From positions 672,001 to 736,000 of the forward strand of contig CBDBOV010000003.1 in NCBI GenBank assembly GCA_965208575.1: DNA of 64,000 bases, in the 5' to 3' direction. Position 1 is the stretch's first letter. The number at the start of each line of letters is the position of its first letter. The position numbers and the translations under genes were made by a program. Positions 8,897 to 17,185 of this stretch are shown one piece after another. The stretch is from Spirochaetia bacterium. GTDB lineage: Bacteria > Spirochaetota > Spirochaetia > SZUA-6 > Bin103. Under the pieces are notes generated by a model. The model did not search any database and had not been told where the DNA came from. It saw only the letters and a program-made list of their open reading frames with translations.

Positions 8897-9906
8897 CAGC
8901 CGCCGGCCATCACCGGGTCCATCTGGTCGATCATCTCCTCGACGTCGGCGGGCAGGGCGACGCCGACCAGGCCCAGCTTCTTGCGGAGCTGGCGCCCGCG
9001 CAGCGCCTTCTCGCGCTCCGCCGACCAGCCGAGCACGCCGAGGTCCACGCGCATGCTGCCGGTGTTGGCGAACGTCAGCAGGGTGCGCATGGTCTCGTGC
9101 AGGTCGCGCACCAGCCCCGGATCGTCGTTCAGCAGCTCGCGGATGAAGCGCAGGCCAGCCTGTACGTGGCGCGCCTCGTCGCGGCAGGTGGCGGTGAAGC
9201 CGGCGTAGTAGGCGGGCAGCACCTTGCGGTCGCGCGCGAACCCGAGCGTGACCTTCATCGACGACAGCGCCAGCACGCCCTCGATCCACAGCATGTAGGT
9301 CACCGCGTACTGCATCAGCAGGTGCCTGTCGTACGGGTTGCGGCGCAGGTCGTCGGTCAGGTAGGCGAGCAGCCCGAACGGTCCCGTGAAGCCGTCGCCG
9401 ACGAACGGGTAGGACTCGTCGAGCAGGTCCATGATGGTGTCGCCCGGCATGCCCACCACCTCACGGTAGAAGCGGTCGAAGAAGATGGTGTGGCGCGCCT
9501 CGTCCTCAAGGTGGCTGGACAGGAAGATCCGGTAGTCCTCCGGAATGCCCATGAACAGCGGTCCCAGGCACACGGTGACCTGCCGCTCGCCGTGGTGGAA
9601 CCCGGATGCCATCTTCAGGAACGTGTCCCGCTCCTCCTCCGACATGCGCTCGTTCCAGTCGTGCACGTCGGTGGCGAAGTCGAGCTCGGTCACGTCCCAG
9701 CGCTGCTTGAGGTACTTCTCGTACAGCCGCAGGTAGCTCGGAAACTCGCGCGCGCTGTCGTGCACGTAATCGAGCAGGTCGTCGATGTCGACCCTGGCGA
9801 TGCCGCGCAGGTCGGTGTAGGCGAAGCTCGGCTCCCGCGCCGAAGCCCCGTTGACCAGCGGCGGGCGGTCGACGGTAGACGGTGCGGTGGGGGCTGGGGT
9901 TGCCAC
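8896..9906 (-). CDS. R2-like ligand-binding oxidase (R2lox-like ferritin-fold dimetal protein)
   Basis: Ligand set GERQV, DEARH, YMLWIEG, DEARH; Phe at the tyrosyl-radical position; AGGAGA RBS. Confidence 0.8.
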   Translation of the reverse strand: MATPAPTAPSTVDRPPLVNGASAREPSFAYTDLRGIARVDIDDLLDYVHDSAREFPSYLRLYEKYLKQRWDVTELDFATDVHDWNERMSEEERDTFLKMASGFHHGERQVTVCLGPLFMGIPEDYRIFLSSHLEDEARHTIFFDRFYREVVGMPGDTIMDLLDESYPFVGDGFTGPFGLLAYLTDDLRRNPYDRHLLMQYAVTYMLWIEGVLALSSMKVTLGFARDRKVLPAYYAGFTATCRDEARHVQAGLRFIRELLNDDPGLVRDLHETMRTLLTFANTGSMRVDLGVLGWSAEREKALRGRQLRKKLGLVGVALPADVEEMIDQMDPVMAGG

Positions 9907-10027
9907 TGATGCTCTCCTTCTCAGGACGGCGTTCCGCCAATCCTACCGCCGGAGCCGGCGCGCGGCAAATCGCCCGTGCGCTCCCCAAGTCCGATAGTAT
10001 CAAGCAATACAAATGAGGGAGATTGGC

Positions 10028-10486
10028 ATGGCGGGAAACACGAACGTAACGCTGGACGAGCACTTCAGCCGGGACGTGACGGAGGTGGTGCCGTTTCTGG
10101 CAGTGGCGGACATGCGCGCCTCGCTGGCGTTCTACGTCGACGGGCTGGGGTTCGCGATGGAGGGCAAATGGGTGGATGACGGCGCGCTGCGCTGGTGCCG
10201 GTTGCGCCGTGGCGGTGCGTCGCTCATGTTGCAGCAGTTCCGCACTTCCGGGCACGACGCACGCCGGTTCAGCGACAACAAGGGCGAAGGGGTGGTGCTG
10301 TGCTTCTTCTGCGCCGACGCAGTGGCATTCTACCGCGCAGTGTGCGAGCGCGGGCTGGCGGCGACCGAGCCGCAAGTCGGGAACGCCATGTGGGTGACCG
10401 AGCTGACCGATCCGGACGGGTACCGGCTGTTGTTCGAGAGTCCCACCGACGTGCCGGAAGAGACCAGGCTGTCGCAAATCCCGTAA
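10028..10486 (+). CDS. VOC/glyoxalase family protein
   Basis: VPFLAVADMRASLAFYVDGLGF ... LTDPDGYRLLF. Confidence 0.85.
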   Translation: MAGNTNVTLDEHFSRDVTEVVPFLAVADMRASLAFYVDGLGFAMEGKWVDDGALRWCRLRRGGASLMLQQFRTSGHDARRFSDNKGEGVVLCFFCADAVAFYRAVCERGLAATEPQVGNAMWVTELTDPDGYRLLFESPTDVPEETRLSQIP

Positions 10487-10548
10487 TCCCAACCCCAGCC
10501 CATGCCCGTGTTGCAGGAGGCGGGGGCAAACCGTAGGATGCCGCCGTA

Positions 10549-12693
10549 ATGCAGCTACCAAAGGACTATGCCGATCGCGTCTATGCGGGCGTGTTGGGCA
10601 AGATCATCGGCGTCTACCTGGGGCGCCCGTTCGAGGGCTGGGAGTTCGAGCGCATCGAGCGCGAGCTCGGCGAGATTACCGATTACGTGCACGAGCGGAT
10701 GGGGGTGCCGCTGATCGTTACCGACGACGACATCTCCGGCACCTTCACCTTCATCCGTGCGCTGGAGGACTTCGCCGGCGGCGCCGGCATCAGTGCCGCC
10801 GACATCGGGCGCACCTGGCTCAACTACCTGATCGAGGAACGCACCGTGCTGTGGTGGGGCGGCCTCGGCAACTCCACCGAGCACACCGCCTACCTGCGCC
10901 TCAAACACGGCGTGGAGGCGCCGCGCAGCGGCTCCATCGCCCTGAACAGCAAGGTGGTGGCGGAGCAGATCGGCGCCCAGATCTTCATCGACGGCTGGGC
11001 GATGGTGGCGCCGGGCGACCCGGAGCTGGCCGCGGCGCTGGCCGGCAAGGCGGGCAGCGTGAGCCACGACGGCGAAGCGGTGTACGGCGCCCAGGTGCTG
11101 GCGGCGATGGAGGCGGCGGCGTTCACGGAGTCGAACATGGATGCCCTGCTGGACACCGGCGTGCGCTTCATTCCGGCCGACTCGGTGATCGCGCGCCTGA
11201 TCGCCGACCTGCGCGAGTGGCACGCGGCCGACGGCGACGACTGGCGCAAGAGCTTCGGGCGCATCCAGGGCAGCTACGGCTACGACAAGTACGGCGGCAA
11301 CTGCCACATGGTGCCCAACCACGCCATCATCATCCTGGCCCTGCTGGCCGGCGGCGGCGACTTTGCCCATTCGTTGATGATCGCCAACACCTGCGGCTGG
11401 GACACCGACTGCAACTCCGGCAACGTCGGCTGCCTGCTCGGCATCCGCGGCGGCCTTGCGGCGATCGACGCCGCCGGCGCGAACGGAGGCGGCAACGGCG
11501 CCGGCGTCGGCAAGTGGCGCGGCCCGGTGGCGGACCGGTTGTACCTGCCCACCGCCGACGGCGGGCGCTGCATCACCGACGCCGTGCAGCAGTCGTACCG
11601 GCTGATCAACCTGGGCCGCGGGCTGCAGGGGCTCGATCCGCTGGCGCCCAAGGATGGCGCGCGCTTCCACTTCTCGCTGCCCGGCTCCGTGCAGGGCTTC
11701 GAGCCGGGCGGCGCCGCCTCGTCGGTCGCCAACGACGGCGGCCGGCTGGCGATACGGTTCAAGGGCGTCGACGCGACCGGCAAGGCGAGCGCGTCGACCG
11801 CCACCTTCATCCCCATGGACGCCGACAAGGTGGGCGGCTACCAGCTCCTGGCCTCGCCGACCCTGCACCCGGGGCAGCGCGTGCGCGCCCGGGTGGACCT
11901 GGACGCCGCGGCGAGCGGCGCCGTGGCGTGCCGGCTGTGGGCCAAGGTGGTGCGCAGCGCGGAGGACACGGAGAAGGTCGCTTCCGACCCGGTGGAACTG
12001 GCGCCCGGCGCCGGCGCCGAGTTGGAGTGGGAGGTGCCCGACACCAACGGCCACCCGGTGGCCCGGGTCGGCATCTCCGCGGTGTCCGCCGCATCCGGCG
12101 CCGGCGCCGTGGCCGGCACCCTGTATCTCGACTGGCTGACCTGGGACGGCACCCCGCGCACCAGCCTGTCGCGTCCGAGCGGCGCCGCGATCGAGCGTCC
12201 CAAGATCCGCGCGTGGCCGTGGTGGGGACGGGCCTGGGTGAACGGCGCCTCCATGTTCTGGCCCAAGGACTGGGCCGAACCGATGCGGCTGATCCAGAAC
12301 GAGGGCACGGGGCTGGCCTTTCAGGGCAACGAGACCTGGACCGACTACCGGGTCACCGCCACCATGCGCATCCACATGGCCAAGGCGGGCGGCATCGGCG
12401 CCCGTGCCGGCGGCATGCACCGCTACTACGCGTTGCTGATCGGCGGCGACGGCGTGGTGCGCCTGGTGCGCCACGTCAACGAAACGGTAGTGCTCGGCGA
12501 GGCGCCGCTGGCCGGTGGGCTCGACGAGCGGCACCGGCTGACCCTGGAGGTGGACGGCTCCACCATCCGCGGGTCGGTGGACGGCGGCCCCGCTCTCGAG
12601 GCGACCGACGACGCGCTGCGCGGCGGCGCGGTAGCCTTGATCGGCGAGGAGGGGCGCGTCGAATACTGGGACGTCGATATCGAACCGGTGTAA
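10549..12693 (+). CDS. ADP-ribosylglycohydrolase family protein with long C-terminal beta-rich extension
   Basis: GVYLGRPFEGW, TDDD, GWDTDCNSGNVG motifs. Confidence 0.85.
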   Translation: MQLPKDYADRVYAGVLGKIIGVYLGRPFEGWEFERIERELGEITDYVHERMGVPLIVTDDDISGTFTFIRALEDFAGGAGISAADIGRTWLNYLIEERTVLWWGGLGNSTEHTAYLRLKHGVEAPRSGSIALNSKVVAEQIGAQIFIDGWAMVAPGDPELAAALAGKAGSVSHDGEAVYGAQVLAAMEAAAFTESNMDALLDTGVRFIPADSVIARLIADLREWHAADGDDWRKSFGRIQGSYGYDKYGGNCHMVPNHAIIILALLAGGGDFAHSLMIANTCGWDTDCNSGNVGCLLGIRGGLAAIDAAGANGGGNGAGVGKWRGPVADRLYLPTADGGRCITDAVQQSYRLINLGRGLQGLDPLAPKDGARFHFSLPGSVQGFEPGGAASSVANDGGRLAIRFKGVDATGKASASTATFIPMDADKVGGYQLLASPTLHPGQRVRARVDLDAAASGAVACRLWAKVVRSAEDTEKVASDPVELAPGAGAELEWEVPDTNGHPVARVGISAVSAASGAGAVAGTLYLDWLTWDGTPRTSLSRPSGAAIERPKIRAWPWWGRAWVNGASMFWPKDWAEPMRLIQNEGTGLAFQGNETWTDYRVTATMRIHMAKAGGIGARAGGMHRYYALLIGGDGVVRLVRHVNETVVLGEAPLAGGLDERHRLTLEVDGSTIRGSVDGGPALEATDDALRGGAVALIGEEGRVEYWDVDIEPV

Positions 12694-12757
12694 CGGCCCG
12701 CGGCGAACCTCGGGCGGCATGCGAACGCCGCAGCCGTGCAATCGTCCAGCCAATCGC

Positions 12758-12791
12758 TCGTCGCCGCCGGTTGCCGCCTCGGCGGCGACGA
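12758..12791. terminator. GC-rich hairpin downstream of the ARH gene
   Basis: tcgtcgccgccg-N10-cggcggcgacga, a perfect 12-bp stem with no clear U-tract. Confidence 0.4.
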
Positions 12792-13054
12792 ACGCGGCGG
12801 GTTGAGCACCTTCAGTGACTGCGGCTGACCGGCGTTCGGCGCGCCGCGGGCGCTCCCGCGCGGCCCGGCCAGCCTTCCCGCGCCGCCAACTCGTGGAGGA
12901 GCCGGACGGCCGGTTCGGATACCCTCGGCACGGTGGTTCCCAGCGGTCGACACTCCATTACACTACATGGTGTACGCCTGCAGGCGACTCGACAGCGCGG
13001 TGACGCGGCCCCGCGGTCATGCGCCGCCGCTGCAAGAGCAGGAGGAGAGAGCCG

Positions 13055-13537
13055 ATGTCCAGGACCTTGTATCTGCTGCGTCACGCCAAGGCAGGATCCC
13101 CGGCTGCGGGAGCGCGCGACCACGACCGGGAGCTGACCGGCCGCGGACGGCGTGAGGCGGCGGCCCTGGGCGCCCGCTACGCCGGCGGCGCAGAACTCCC
13201 GGATCTGGTCATTGCCAGCACCGCGGCGCGCGCCGTGCAGACCGCCGAGTTGTGGGTGCGGGCAGCCGGGTTGCCGGCAGGGGTGATCATGCGGCGCGGC
13301 GGGATCTACCTGGCGGAGGCGGAAGCCGTGCTGAGCCTGGTCCACGGCCTGGACGGGGCGCTGCGGCGGGTGCTGCTGGTGGGGCACAATCCCACCTTCA
13401 GCGAGTTGGTCTCCGGCCTCTCGCGGCGCTTCATCGCCCTGCCGACGTGCGCCATGGCAGTGCTGAGCATCGCCGGCCCGTGGGCCGACACCGGCGCGGC
13501 GACCGCCCGCCTGCTGCGCATCGACCGCGGCCGCTGA
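13055..13537 (+). CDS. sixA: SixA-type histidine phosphatase
   Basis: LYLLRHAKA, DHDRELTGRG, STAARAVQT, LVGHNP; GGAGGAG RBS. Confidence 0.85.
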   Translation: MSRTLYLLRHAKAGSPAAGARDHDRELTGRGRREAAALGARYAGGAELPDLVIASTAARAVQTAELWVRAAGLPAGVIMRRGGIYLAEAEAVLSLVHGLDGALRRVLLVGHNPTFSELVSGLSRRFIALPTCAMAVLSIAGPWADTGAATARLLRIDRGR

Positions 13538-13593
13538 TGCCGCCCGGCGCACCCCTACCCGAACCGGTGAGAATCCGGCATGCTCGGACGGAC

Positions 13594-14427
13594 ATGGAAT
13601 CGAACAAGGGCACCGGCCGGCTGGCCGGCAAGGTGGCGATCGTTACCGGCGGCGGGGCGCGCGAAGGAACCGAACTGGGTACCGGGCGCGCCAGCGCGAT
13701 AGCGATGGCGCGCGAGGGAGCGCGGGTGCTGGTCGCCGACCTGCACCAGGACAACGCGGAGCGAACCGTGGCGGAAATCCGCGGCGAGGGCGGTGAGGCG
13801 TCAGCGTTCGCCGCCGACGTGTCGAACAGCGAGCAGTGCGCCGCCATGGCCGCGGCGGCGGTGGAGCGCTTCGGCGCCCTGCACGTGCTGATGAACAACT
13901 GCGGGGCAGGCGGCACCAGCGGCACGGTGAGCGGCATGGACGAGGCGATTCTGGAGCGCAGCCTGAACGTCAATCTCAAGAGCGCCGTCTTTTCCAGCAA
14001 GCATGCCATCCCGCACATGGCGGCGGCGGGCGGCGGATCGATCATCAACGTGTCCTCCATCGACGGCCTCACCGCCGGCATGATGACCAACGCCCCGTAC
14101 GGGATCGCCAAGGGGGCGCTGCACATGCTGACCAAGACCACCGCGGTGTACCACGGGCGCGAGGGGATCCGCGCCAACTGCATCGCACCGGGGCACCTGC
14201 ACGCCGCGTTCACCGACAGATTCCCGGAGCGCACCCGCGACCTGCGGCGCCGCGCCGGTCCGCTCGGCACCGAGGGCACCGCGTGGGACATCGCCTGGGC
14301 GGCGGTGTTCCTGGCCAGCGACGAAGCGCGCTGGATCTCGGGCGTGGTGCTGCCGGTGGACGCCGGCCTGCTCGCCGCCGCCCCGCTCACCGCCTACGCC
14401 TACCTGGAGGACGTCAAGTACCTGTAA
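13594..14427 (+). CDS. Short-chain dehydrogenase/reductase
   Basis: KVAIVTGGG..G.G, NVSS, YGIAK (YxxxK), IRANCIAPG. Confidence 0.9.
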   Translation: MESNKGTGRLAGKVAIVTGGGAREGTELGTGRASAIAMAREGARVLVADLHQDNAERTVAEIRGEGGEASAFAADVSNSEQCAAMAAAAVERFGALHVLMNNCGAGGTSGTVSGMDEAILERSLNVNLKSAVFSSKHAIPHMAAAGGGSIINVSSIDGLTAGMMTNAPYGIAKGALHMLTKTTAVYHGREGIRANCIAPGHLHAAFTDRFPERTRDLRRRAGPLGTEGTAWDIAWAAVFLASDEARWISGVVLPVDAGLLAAAPLTAYAYLEDVKYL

Positions 14428-14472
14428 TTGCGGCAGTTGCGGCGTCGGGCAGCGCCGCCGCCAGCGCGCGGC

Positions 14473-15819
14473 CTAGGCGGGCAGCACCTCGTGCACGGAG
14501 TCGCGCAGGATCTCCACCATCCGGTCGAGTTGCTGTTCGCTTGTGACCACCGGCGGCGCCAGCGGGAACACGTCGCCGCGCACGCGGCTGAACAGGCCGC
14601 GTGCCTGGGCGGCGGCGTGCACCCGGTTGCCCACGTTGTCGGCGGCCGGGAACTCGTCCTTGGACGCCTTGTCCTGCACGATCTCTACCGCGCACATCAA
14701 TCCCTTGCCGCGCACGTCGCCAACGTGCGGGTGGTCGGCGAGCGCATCGTTCAGGCCCGCCAGCAGCCGGTCACCCTTGGCAGCCGACTGGCCCGGGAAG
14801 TCCTCGTCCAGGATGATGTCGATGGTGCGCAGCGCCACCGCACAGCCGGTCGGGTGGGCGCTGTAGGTGTAGGCGTGCATCCACGGCCCGGAGGCGCCGT
14901 CCAGCACCTCGGCAATCGCGTCGTTCACGCCGACGCCGCCCAGTGGGAAGTAGCCTGAGGTCACCGCCTTGGCGAACTGCATCATGTCCGGCTGCACGCC
15001 CCAGTGGTCGAGCGCAAACAGCTTGCCGGTGCGCCCGAAGCCGGTGATCACTTCGTCCGCGGCAAACAGCACGTCGTAGCGGTCGCAGATCTCGCGAATG
15101 CGCGGGAAGTAGTCGTCCTGCGGCACGATCACCCCGCCGGCGCCCTGCACCGGCTCGGCCAGGAACATCGCCACCGTGTCCGCGCCCTCGCGCAGGATCG
15201 CCCGCTCCAGCTCGTCGGCGGCCGCCACCCCCTGGCTCACCCCCGCCGGCGCCTCGTAGCGGTAGGGGTAGGGGGACGGTATGTGAATGAAACCGGGCAC
15301 GCGCGGCTCGAACGCCGGCCAGTAGGTGGCGATGCCGGTGGCGCTCATGGCGGCCAGCGTCACGCCGTGGTAGCCCCACTGGCGCGAGATCACCTTGGTC
15401 TTGTGCGGCTTGCCGCGCAGCTTCCAGTAAGAGCGCGCGAGCTTGAACGAGGTCTCGCTCGACTCGCCGCCGCCGGAGGTGAAGAAGAACCGGTTGATCG
15501 ACGGGTAGGTGATCCCGGCCAGCCGTTCCGCCAGGTCGATGGCGGGCGGGCTGGAGCTGCCAGCGTAGGCGGAGCAGTAGGCGAGGGTGCTCATCTGCCC
15601 GGCGGCGGCGTCCGCCAGCTCGGTGCGCCCGTGGCCGGCCACCACGTTCCAGAGCCCAGACAGGCCGTCCAGGTACTCGTTGCCGTCGGCGTCTTCCATC
15701 ACCGCGCCGTGGCCGCGCACCCACACGTGGCCGTCGGCATGGACGTTGCGGCTGTGGATCGGATGAATCAGGTGGCGCTGGTCGCGCTCCAGGAACTGGG
15801 TCTTCGTTGCGTGCTGCAC
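14473..15819 (-). CDS. Class III PLP aminotransferase (omega-amino acid type)
   Basis: YLDGLSGLW, SGGGES, YHG, AEPVQGAGG, ADEVITGFGRTG, FAKAVTSGY. Confidence 0.92.
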   Translation of the reverse strand: MQHATKTQFLERDQRHLIHPIHSRNVHADGHVWVRGHGAVMEDADGNEYLDGLSGLWNVVAGHGRTELADAAAGQMSTLAYCSAYAGSSSPPAIDLAERLAGITYPSINRFFFTSGGGESSETSFKLARSYWKLRGKPHKTKVISRQWGYHGVTLAAMSATGIATYWPAFEPRVPGFIHIPSPYPYRYEAPAGVSQGVAAADELERAILREGADTVAMFLAEPVQGAGGVIVPQDDYFPRIREICDRYDVLFAADEVITGFGRTGKLFALDHWGVQPDMMQFAKAVTSGYFPLGGVGVNDAIAEVLDGASGPWMHAYTYSAHPTGCAVALRTIDIILDEDFPGQSAAKGDRLLAGLNDALADHPHVGDVRGKGLMCAVEIVQDKASKDEFPAADNVGNRVHAAAQARGLFSRVRGDVFPLAPPVVTSEQQLDRMVEILRDSVHEVLPA

Positions 15820-15907
15820 GCGGCAAGATAGTACCGGGGACGCGCGCCCGGCAACAAGCCGGCCGGCTGTCCGCGTCTGTCCGGAATACGCCTCCCGGTA
15901 CCTGGAG

Positions 15908-17140
15908 CTATTGTTCCCAATAGCGTTTGAGCGCCGTCAGGCCCTCCTCGGCGTCCTTCTCGTCGATGCCGGAGTAGGCGAAGCGCACGTACACCCGCTC
16001 CTCGCCGGGCAGCGACCGCCCGAAGTGGGTGCGGGCGCAGAATGACACGCCGGTCTCGTGCATGGTGGTGATGCGAAATGCCTGGGTGTCCTCGTCACTG
16101 CCTACTCGGTATCCGAGCCGGCGGTACACGTCGGTCACGTCCGGGAACAGGTAGAAGGTGGCGTCGGAGTCGGGCACCGTTACCCCGTCGATGCCGTTCA
16201 GCAGGTCGACGATGCGGTCGCGGCGGCCCTGCAGCGTGTTCACGATGTGCCCGGAGCCGCTCTGGTCGCCCTGCAGCGCCTCCACGCCGGCCAGTTGCAC
16301 GAACTGGTTGGTGCACGATTCGTCGTTGGTGTTGATCTTGGTGATGATGTCGACGACCGATTCCGGCCCCACCGCGGCGCCGAGCCGCCACCCGGTCATG
16401 GCGTATTTCTTGGAAAACGTGTAGCCGATAACCGTGCGCTCGGCCATGCCGTCGAATTCGACGATGGAGTGGCTGCTGCCGGCGTAGCGGATGTCGATGT
16501 AGGGATCGTCGGACAGCACCCACAGGTCGCGGTCGCGGGCGAGGTCGGCGAGCCACTCCAACTCTTCCGCGCTGGCGTCGGCGCCGGTGGGGTTGTGCTG
16601 AGCGTTGACGATCAGCACGCGCGTGGTGTCGTCGACGGCGCGCTGCACGGAGTCGCGGTCGATGCGGAACCGGCCCTCGTCGATCGTGTAGGTGTAAGGC
16701 TGGCCGCGCCCGCCGAGAAAGTCCACCTGCGACTCGTAGATCGGGTAGCCGGGATTGGGATACAGCACGCCGTCGCCGTTCTCCATCACCGCCATCAGGA
16801 ACTTGCCGATGCACGGTTTGCCGCCCGGCTGCACCGACACGTTGGCGGCATGGTAATCCACCCCGCGCTCCGCGCTCAGCGACTCTGCGAGCGCCTCGCG
16901 CAGTTGCGGCACGCCGCCGGCGGGCGTGTAGAACGTCCTGCCGTCGATCATCGCGGAGTAGGCGGAACGGATAATGTTCAGCGGCGTGCGAATGTTCATG
17001 TCACCGAGGTGGAATGGATAGACGCGGTGCCCCTGCGCCGCCCAGGCGGCCGCATCGCCGGACACGGCGAACGCCGTCTCGGTACCCAGGCGGGAGATGC
17101 GGCGCGGGGTGCGGGGACGGCTCATGCTCAGTGTGCTCAT
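15908..17140 (-). CDS. Class I/II PLP aminotransferase
   Basis: YTPAGGVPQLR, PNPGYPIY, HNPTG, SDDPY, TFSKKYAMTGWRLG. Confidence 0.92.
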   Translation of the reverse strand: MSTLSMSRPRTPRRISRLGTETAFAVSGDAAAWAAQGHRVYPFHLGDMNIRTPLNIIRSAYSAMIDGRTFYTPAGGVPQLREALAESLSAERGVDYHAANVSVQPGGKPCIGKFLMAVMENGDGVLYPNPGYPIYESQVDFLGGRGQPYTYTIDEGRFRIDRDSVQRAVDDTTRVLIVNAQHNPTGADASAEELEWLADLARDRDLWVLSDDPYIDIRYAGSSHSIVEFDGMAERTVIGYTFSKKYAMTGWRLGAAVGPESVVDIITKINTNDESCTNQFVQLAGVEALQGDQSGSGHIVNTLQGRRDRIVDLLNGIDGVTVPDSDATFYLFPDVTDVYRRLGYRVGSDEDTQAFRITTMHETGVSFCARTHFGRSLPGEERVYVRFAYSGIDEKDAEEGLTALKRYWEQ

Positions 17141-17185
17141 AGTCAATTTCTCCGGGTGTAATGAATGGTGGCGGTGCTCACACGG

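Noticed and set aside
8896-9906. Class I ribonucleotide reductase beta subunit (nrdB/nrdF)
   Set aside because: No alpha subunit nearby, no radical Tyr, and the R2lox-type Val/Tyr positions are present.
10555-12818. Long overlapping ORFs (732 aa minus, 655 aa plus) and similar shadows elsewhere
   Set aside because: Antisense or off-frame shadows of well-supported genes in GC-rich DNA, with no recognisable motifs.
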